The notes under the pieces were generated by a model that saw only the letters and a list, made by a program, of their open reading frames with translations, did no database searches and was not told the DNA's origin. The translations under genes and the position numbers were made by a program. This document shows, in pieces, positions 26,525 to 32,000 of a stretch of 32,000 bases of DNA (position 1 is its first letter; each line of letters opens with the position of its first letter). Source of the DNA: Candidatus Lokiarchaeum ossiferum (GTDB lineage Archaea > Asgardarchaeota > Lokiarchaeia > Sigyniarchaeales > Promethearchaeaceae). The DNA is taken from positions 3,360,001 to 3,392,000 of the forward strand of contig CP104013.1 of the NCBI GenBank assembly GCA_025839675.1, read 5' to 3'.

Positions 26525-27505
26525 TTAGCATTTCATTTTCATCGTGAGTGCTTTATGCACTTCGCCGGTTTCTTTATCTTTTTTGCCTGGACAAACAGTC
26601 ACACAGGATTCACATCCTTTGCAATGGAATTCATCCACTCCAATGACATACATCTTACCATCACGTTCTTCACGGGTGATGGCTAAATCAGGGCAAATAA
26701 AGACACAATTTTGACAATTAATACAATATTCTGGGTGAAATTGGGCAACGGCCACTCCCCATGCACCTGTGTTAACACGGGCAGATCCACCATCAATAGC
26801 GCTGGTGTACCATACTCCGGCTTTGTCTAATTCTTTGGTCCCTAATAATCCTAAGGCAATATGGCTCCAATCTTTTTTATAGTCTGTTTCCAAACTAAGT
26901 TTAACACTTTCATCACATGGATAAACAGTTGTAGCGTCTGGGACGGTTTTAATTGCATCCATGTTTTTTTGAGCGATTTTTGGATTAAATTGTTCCGCAA
27001 CCGCATCAGCCAATTGATCAATACCAAAGATTTCAGGAGCCACTTTAACTAAAGCGCCTAAAATTAAGGTATTGGTAATATTTCGTCCGAGAAATTCCAA
27101 GGCGATATTGGTGGCATCAATTAAGGCAATGTTAATCGCTGGTGGATTATTTTTTCCGATGATTTCACGAATTTCTTCAATAGGGCGGCAGGTATTAATG
27201 ATTAAATAGCCCCCAGGAACAATTCCTGCAGTGCAATCTACATCGAATAATAAGCTATCATCTAATACTGCGACGTATTGAGGACTATAAACTTGTTCAT
27301 TCGTTCTTACTTTTTCATAGTCTTTCGACATTTTTGCGAATGACAAAACGGGTGCACCCATCCTTTCGGCTCCGAAGTTAGGCATACATGTACCTAATCC
27401 GTCAAAAGCCATCATACAAAGTTGGGCTGCTGTGACTGCGCCTTGTCCTCCTCGTCCGTGGAAACGGACAAGGTATCGGGGGGCGTCTTTTACATTTTCG
27501 GTCAT
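26525..27505 (-). CDS. porG: 2-oxoacid:ferredoxin oxidoreductase gamma-delta fusion subunit
   Basis: 326 aa. The N-terminal gamma domain has FHGRGGQGAVTAAQL. The C-terminal delta domain has two 4Fe-4S ferredoxin motifs (CINCQNCVFICP and CKGCESCVTVCP). Gene order G(D)-A-B is the canonical archaeal por order. Confidence 0.85.
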   Translation of the reverse strand: MTENVKDAPRYLVRFHGRGGQGAVTAAQLCMMAFDGLGTCMPNFGAERMGAPVLSFAKMSKDYEKVRTNEQVYSPQYVAVLDDSLLFDVDCTAGIVPGGYLIINTCRPIEEIREIIGKNNPPAINIALIDATNIALEFLGRNITNTLILGALVKVAPEIFGIDQLADAVAEQFNPKIAQKNMDAIKTVPDATTVYPCDESVKLSLETDYKKDWSHIALGLLGTKELDKAGVWYTSAIDGGSARVNTGAWGVAVAQFHPEYCINCQNCVFICPDLAITREERDGKMYVIGVDEFHCKGCESCVTVCPGKKDKETGEVHKALTMKMKC

Positions 27506-27572
27506 TATAAATCAACACTCTTTTAATGAAAAAAGAAATTGAATGTCGCGTTTTGAAAATTTTTGAATCCTT

Positions 27573-27626
27573 AAGTATTTTCTTAAAGTCGGTGAAAAAG
27601 ATAAAAAATACTTTTTTAAAGTCGGG
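27573..27626 (-). promoter_or_regulatory. Two tandem BRE/TATA-like elements upstream of the por operon
   Basis: On the minus strand, CCGACTTTAAAAAAGTATTT (distal) and CCGACTTTAAGAAAATACTT (proximal) match at 17/20 and are spaced 33 bp apart. They lie 68-121 nt upstream of the porG ATG. Confidence 0.4.
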
Positions 27627-27774
27627 AAAAGGAAAAAAAAGGACGAAAAAATTACCAAAGACTTACAGCTAAAATCTAATGTTTTGGATTTTAAATGAAT
27701 TAGGATGGTTTTTTGTCGCAATTGAAATATCTTAATGGAAAAAAATTTAAAGTATTTGAAGTTTAACCGAAATT

Positions 27775-28119
27775 TTACCGCAATTTTGATTTCCAATAAT
27801 CCGGATCATAGCCGTTGGAGATGAAATCGTCCCCATCTAATCGAAAAATGACGAATGGGGAAGCCATACGAGTATTTAACTTATATTTACTTTGAATATA
27901 TGTTTTAATGGCTTTTTTTTGAACGAGATCTAGTTTATCCAAGTACATTAAATTGAAATTAAACTTATTATCTTGAAGAAAACTAATTCCCTTTTTACAA
28001 TAAACGCACGTTGTTAAGGAAAAATAAAATATTTCTACCCTTTGCTGTGTTTTTTGCTCATTTTTTTTTTTTTCCCATGGCAACTCAGGGAGAATATCTC
28101 GTGTAAGATCATATTCCAT
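27775..28119 (-). CDS. Glutaredoxin/thioredoxin-fold CxxC protein
   Basis: 114 aa. It has the pattern IFYFSLTTCVYCKKGISFLQ (beta strand, CxxC, helix), then SPFVIF...G. It contains an A13 run (T13 on the plus strand, 28061-28073) encoding EKKKN. Confidence 0.6.
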   Translation of the reverse strand: MEYDLTRDILPELPWEKKKNEQKTQQRVEIFYFSLTTCVYCKKGISFLQDNKFNFNLMYLDKLDLVQKKAIKTYIQSKYKLNTRMASPFVIFRLDGDDFISNGYDPDYWKSKLR

Positions 28120-28261
28120 ACAAAGATTTTAGTAGATTTCCCAAAAAAACTTAAGGTTTCGAAAAAAAGGAAATTTCACAAATCTCCCTATAATCTCCAA
28201 GCAATGTCATGTCTCCACTAATCGTAAAAATATCTTCTTCTTCTTACTCTTTCCGACGGTC

Positions 28262-29230
28262 TTATTGGAAAATGGGGATGTTAAAAATCTGCCACATGGG
28301 TTTTTGTTCCTTATTGACTTTGTCAATAGCACGTTTAACAGGGGGATAAAGTTTGATTAAATCTGAAATTTCTCCAATGACACTTTTTCCATCAGTGACT
28401 TTATGAATTAAAGAAGAGCAGAGTTCAGTTGGGGCATTCAAATAAATCGCTTCGGTTAAAATAAGTTTTTGATATAATTCAAAGGTTTGCCGTCGATAAG
28501 CTGAAAACAGGTTTTCAATGGTATCTCCAAATTCACAGTATCTATCAGCATCAGTCACTCCATAGCCAATGTCTTTTGGAAGAATATCTCCATAGATTTC
28601 TTCAAACTTCTGTCCCAATTCATTTGCTAAATCAATTAGGATTTGTTCAACCAAGTAACTCAATTTCATTTCAACATGCGTCAGTACTGCCACGATTATT
28701 TGTTGTCCTTTACTAAATCGTAACTCGCTGCTTCCTGATCGAATAAGATTCAATCCTTTTTTCCATCCCATATTTTCGGCGAACGAATTGATTGCACTCA
28801 GTAACCCTGATACCAAATTTTGGTTGACTGGACATTCTTTAATTTCGCCGTATAATTCAAAATGAAAGAGACAAAGCCCATTTTGAGCAATAATATAGAC
28901 TTCTGGGATCTCTTCCTTGTGGGGTGTCTGAAGCGAAAAATTTTGGGATAGTTCCGAAGGCTTTAATTTGATTTTGTGATTTACGGGTTTGTTCAGACCG
29001 TTGTGTGAGATAGTTGGTAAATTGTATCGTTCCTGTAGACTTTCCATGATTTGACCGAGATAATTATAATATTCTAAAAATTCGGTATAACTCATTTCAG
29101 AATTAGATTGGTTGAAAATCAAGTTTTGAAGTGCTAAATCTTGTTCAGTGGATATAATCGAAAACGATTCAAGATCTTTGTTTTTAATCGCCCATTTTAT
29201 TCGATTAGTTTTTTCCAAATCTAATTCCAT
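28262..29230 (-). CDS. Hypothetical protein with central longin/roadblock-like core; candidate GTPase partner
   Basis: 322 aa. Residues ~108-213 have a beta-beta-alpha-beta-beta-beta-alpha pattern judged by eye (VYIIAQNGLCLFHFEL / NLVSGLLSAINSFAENM / LNLIRSGSSELRFSKGQQIIVAVLT / LSYLVEQILIDLANELGQKF). It is divergent from the GTPase gene. Confidence 0.5.
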   Translation of the reverse strand: MELDLEKTNRIKWAIKNKDLESFSIISTEQDLALQNLIFNQSNSEMSYTEFLEYYNYLGQIMESLQERYNLPTISHNGLNKPVNHKIKLKPSELSQNFSLQTPHKEEIPEVYIIAQNGLCLFHFELYGEIKECPVNQNLVSGLLSAINSFAENMGWKKGLNLIRSGSSELRFSKGQQIIVAVLTHVEMKLSYLVEQILIDLANELGQKFEEIYGDILPKDIGYGVTDADRYCEFGDTIENLFSAYRRQTFELYQKLILTEAIYLNAPTELCSSLIHKVTDGKSVIGEISDLIKLYPPVKRAIDKVNKEQKPMWQIFNIPIFQ

Positions 29231-29363
29231 TCTAACTATATCATAAAATTCACCCTAATATTTCTTCTGTCGCGTATTTCTGAGGAAAAAAGTACCTAAA
29301 AGTGATCTCATATGTGTCTTAGGATTAGAGGTGTAATCGTAGTAAATCTTGATGGAATTCTTC

Positions 29364-29380
29364 GACCTTTAAAAAAGTAA
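29364..29380 (+). promoter_or_regulatory. BRE/TATA box of the GTPase gene; implies a leaderless or very short-leader mRNA
   Basis: CGACCTTTAAAAAAGTA is centred about 26 nt upstream of ATG 29398. The core is the same as in the por upstream repeats. Confidence 0.45.
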
Positions 29381-29397
29381 TTTGAATAAATTCTTGT

Positions 29398-29949
29398 ATG
29401 TCTTCCATAGCACCATGTAAAATAGTTATCGCAGGAGATGGGGGTACAGGAAAATCGACATTGATAACCTCCAAAAATACAGGAAAATTTAAATTGGGGT
29501 CGAATATTACCATAGGTGTTGATTTTGCTTGTATGGATATTGCATTTCGGGAATCAAAATATCCCTTTTTAATTTATGACCTTGGAGGTCAACAGCGATT
29601 TCAGTTTTTACATGATTCATATATTACCGGTACCAAAGGGGCCATAGTTTTATACGACTTGACACGTGAAAAAACCTTTGATAATATATCGACCTGGTTG
29701 GCTTTACTTCATAAAGAAAATCCTGCCATGCCCATTTTATTAGCTGGATCAAAATGTGATTTAGTTCAACCGGAAGACATTTCTGATTTTAAAAAGCGAT
29801 GGAACACACTATTTCGATCTCAAGCCCCTAAATCGAATGTTATTGGTCATCATTTTATTTCTTCTAAATCGTTTGAGGGAATTGAGGATTTGTTTACTAA
29901 AATTGCAAATGAAGTCCTCCCCTCTTTCCTTCCAGTCACTTGTGCTTAA
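29398..29949 (+). CDS. Ras-superfamily small GTPase, Rab-like
   Basis: 183 aa. G1 is GDGGTGKST, switch I is ITIGVDF, G3 is DLGGQQRF, G4 is GSKCDL, G5 is SSKS. Confidence 0.85.
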   Translation: MSSIAPCKIVIAGDGGTGKSTLITSKNTGKFKLGSNITIGVDFACMDIAFRESKYPFLIYDLGGQQRFQFLHDSYITGTKGAIVLYDLTREKTFDNISTWLALLHKENPAMPILLAGSKCDLVQPEDISDFKKRWNTLFRSQAPKSNVIGHHFISSKSFEGIEDLFTKIANEVLPSFLPVTCA

Positions 29950-30337
29950 CGGAAATAAGATAAGTTAACAATAATTCAGAACTTGAATGTTTTAGGTTCA
30001 ATTTATTTCTCATTCTTTAGAAAATCTACTCTACCTTTGATCCAACTTTTAATGTGAACCTAGAAATAACTCATTTTAGTTCTTTGGAAAAATTTTTCAT
30101 ATAATTGAAACAACATAATCTGGCTAAAAACCCAAAAAATCAAAAAATCATTTTCTTCCTTGAGTTTTAGATTCTTGGATATATTCTCTAGAAAAAACAT
30201 AACATTTTTCTGATAATATTCTAAAAAAACTTGAAAAAGGTTATTCGAGAACAAATGCTTTTTAATCTAAAAGACATTTCATAGATTTAAACCTTAACTA
30301 ATCTTTATAGTTATATCACAAAGGTGAAAATAAAATC

Positions 30338-31234
30338 ATGGCATTAGTAGAATTGGTACCAAATTTCTCTGAAGGGAGAAGACAAGATGTTATAGATAAA
30401 ATACTTGCAGCTATGAAAGAAGCAAGTACAGCCAAAATAATTGATTCGCGAGCAGATCCAGATCATAATCGATTAGTTGTCACAATTGTTGGAGAACCTG
30501 AAGAAACGTTTAAAGCGGGGTTTGCAGGAATTAAAACAGCCGCAGAATTAATAGACATGGATGAACATCAAGGTGAACATCCTCGGGTAGGTGCTACCGA
30601 TGTAGTTCCTTTTGTTCCTGTTACAGGAATTACTATTGAAGAATGTACGGAATTAGCAAAACGCTTAGCCAAAAAAGTTTCTGATGAATTAGGGATTCCT
30701 ACTTATTTATATGAAGCAGCTGCAACTCGGCCGGATAGAGAAAATCTTGCAAATATACGTAAAGGGCAGTATGAAGGATTAAAAGAAGCAATTAAAACTG
30801 ATCCTGATCGAAAACCCGATTTTGGACCTAGCGAATTACCCAAAGCAGGAGCAACTGTTATTGGTGCTCGAGAATTCTTAATTGCTTATAATATTTATTT
30901 AAATACCGATGATGTTGAAATTGCAAAAACAATTGGCAGAAATATTCGGCATAAAAATGGAGGTTTTGCATACTGTAAATCCATGGGATTCGCAACAAAG
31001 CCATATGTTCAAGTATCGATGAATTTAACCAATTATAAAGAAACTCCTATGGCGATGGTAGTAGAGACTGTACGAAATGAAGCACGACGATATGGTGTTG
31101 CAATTACAGAAACAGAAGTCTATGGGATGATTCCCGTTGATGCGCTCTTAGATGCTGCAGAATATTATTTACAGCTCAATGGAAAGTGGAATCGTTCTCA
31201 AATCATAGAAAAGAAATTAACGGAAATGGAATAA
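30338..31234 (+). CDS. Glutamate formimidoyltransferase (FTCD N-terminal-domain homolog)
   Basis: 298 aa. The N-terminal LVELVPNFSEGR signature, HPRVGATDVVPFVP, and GGTGA 13 nt upstream of the ATG support the call. Confidence 0.8.
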   Translation: MALVELVPNFSEGRRQDVIDKILAAMKEASTAKIIDSRADPDHNRLVVTIVGEPEETFKAGFAGIKTAAELIDMDEHQGEHPRVGATDVVPFVPVTGITIEECTELAKRLAKKVSDELGIPTYLYEAAATRPDRENLANIRKGQYEGLKEAIKTDPDRKPDFGPSELPKAGATVIGAREFLIAYNIYLNTDDVEIAKTIGRNIRHKNGGFAYCKSMGFATKPYVQVSMNLTNYKETPMAMVVETVRNEARRYGVAITETEVYGMIPVDALLDAAEYYLQLNGKWNRSQIIEKKLTEME

Positions 31235-31235
31235 G

Positions 31236-31868
31236 GTGAATAGTTTGTTAAAAGATTTGACAGTAGAAGGATTTATTCAAGAACTCGCATCTGATAGTGC
31301 TGCACCTGGAGGAGGTTCTGCAGCTTGTTTGGCGGGGGCTTTGGGTGCCGGATTGGGGGCGATGGTTTCCCGTTTAACAATAGGAAAAAAAGGGTATGAA
31401 GCATTAGAACCTTTTTTTAAAGAGAAAATTGTTGAACTTGACGAACTCCATAAAGAATTAACTGACTTGATTGATAAGGATGCAAACGCGTTTAATGGTG
31501 TAATGGCTGCTTTTAAGTTACCCAAAAATACTGATGAAGAGAAAGCGGCTCGATCAGCGAAAATTCAAGAAGAGTACAAAGTTGCTGCTTTAGTTCCTAT
31601 GACGACAGTCCGTGCGTGTAAAAAAGTGTTAGATATTTTACTCGAAATTGGAACCAAGGGAAATAAAAATGCCCTCTCTGATGTAGCCGTAGGTGCATTA
31701 AATGCTTTAACTGGATTGAAAGGAGCTGCGCTTAATGTAGAAATTAATCTTCCTTCAATTAAAGATGAAGCATTTAAATCAGAAATGACGCGAGAATTAG
31801 CTGAAATTATGTCCAATTTGGATTATAAGATTTCTAATCTTGTGATAGAAATTCGTGATCTCTTTTAA
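31236..31868 (+). CDS. Formimidoyltetrahydrofolate cyclodeaminase / methenyl-THF cyclohydrolase-like protein
   Basis: 210 aa with a GTG start 1 nt after the upstream stop. It has SDSAAPGGGSAACLAGALGAGLGAMV, typical of the all-helical cyclodeaminase domain. Confidence 0.75.
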   Translation: MNSLLKDLTVEGFIQELASDSAAPGGGSAACLAGALGAGLGAMVSRLTIGKKGYEALEPFFKEKIVELDELHKELTDLIDKDANAFNGVMAAFKLPKNTDEEKAARSAKIQEEYKVAALVPMTTVRACKKVLDILLEIGTKGNKNALSDVAVGALNALTGLKGAALNVEINLPSIKDEAFKSEMTRELAEIMSNLDYKISNLVIEIRDLF

Positions 31869-31890
31869 TAAAAAAAAGTTCTGATCCGTC

Positions 31891-31899
31891 TTTTTTTTT
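31891..31899 (+). terminator. Oligo-T (T9) terminator candidate after the cyclodeaminase gene
   Basis: TTTTTTTTT at 31891-31899, 23 nt after the stop. Confidence 0.4.
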
Positions 31900-32000
31900 A
31901 TCTTACTTATGAACCCTATTCGTAAAGGAATTAAAGGATGTTGAATTTGGTTTAGCTATAGTTATCTGTAATTTGTTGTGATTAAAATGAGCAAAAAATT

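Noticed and set aside
25355-27052. Several 60-90 aa ORFs on the plus strand, or out of frame on the minus strand, within the por operon (25355-25558, 25914-26144, 26096-26368, 26861-27052)
   Set aside because: They overlap strongly supported por coding sequence and have no motifs. They are the expected shadow ORFs of a GC-richer, codon-biased region.
27512-27796. 94-aa ORF (MEIKIAVKFRLNFKYFKFF...) in the por upstream region
   Set aside because: It is a low-complexity K/F-rich translation of AT-rich intergenic DNA. It overlaps the BRE/TATA-like repeats and the glutaredoxin-like gene's 3' end, and it has no ribosome-binding site.
29935-29949. C-terminal cysteine of the GTPase (...LPVTCA*) as a Rab/Ras-type prenylation signal
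   Set aside because: The Cys is at position -2, which is not a CAAX, CC or CXC motif. No prenyltransferase is evident in the window, so a lipid-anchor claim is unsupported.
30060-30254. 64-aa minus-strand ORF in the gap before the formimidoyltransferase gene
   Set aside because: It has a non-ATG start, AT-rich low-complexity sequence and no recognisable motif or RBS. I treat it as non-coding.
1-32000. Checked by eye for CRISPR arrays, tRNA/rRNA genes, transposases/integrases, toxin-antitoxin pairs and typical defence-system components (nucleases, large ATPases, methyltransferases)
   Set aside because: I found no regularly spaced direct repeats, no GC-rich cloverleaf-like segments, and no recognisable recombinase or defence motifs. 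The accessory-looking block instead reads as membrane and lipid enzymes. A by-eye scan cannot exclude small ncRNAs.
31987-32000. ATG at 31987 (MSKK...) that could start a gene running off the window
   Set aside because: Only 14 nt are visible, which is too little to support a feature.

Overview
AT-rich (about 33-36% GC by hand counts), gene-dense window that looks archaeal. Supporting signals are an archaeal-type IMP cyclohydrolase (PurO), a multi-subunit 2-oxoacid:ferredoxin oxidoreductase operon, TTTAAA-type TATA boxes about 26 nt upstream of start codons, GGTGAT Shine-Dalgarno motifs, and a Rab-like small GTPase. An Asgard-type (Loki/Heimdall-like) origin is plausible but is only inference. 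I support about 28 CDS. I recognised no rRNA, tRNA, CRISPR array, transposase or integrase. Layout: (1) 0-8.7 kb holds housekeeping genes plus an amino-sugar/acyl cluster: a SIS-only GlmS-like enzyme, a PIG-L deacetylase operonic with an acyl-CoA ligase, and a divergent HGSNAT-like membrane acyltransferase. (2) 8.7-22.4 kb is an envelope/lipid island. A tightly coupled pair (secreted alpha-helical protein A plus polytopic membrane protein B) occurs twice in mirror orientation. The two copies bracket an MFS transporter, a neutral-ceramidase-like hydrolase, two PAP2 lipid-phosphate phosphatases and a small cupin-like protein, with a membrane-anchored purple-acid-phosphatase-like enzyme upstream. 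This is my main candidate for an undescribed system. (3) 24.2-27.5 kb is a GC-richer porGD-porA-porB operon whose beta subunit appears circularly permuted, with the thiamine-PP motif split between the C and N termini. (4) 28.3-29.9 kb holds a divergent pair of a Rab-like GTPase and a protein with a longin-like core. (5) 30.3-31.9 kb holds glutamate formimidoyltransferase and cyclodeaminase as adjacent separate genes. All functional calls come from motif recognition by eye; no searches were run.
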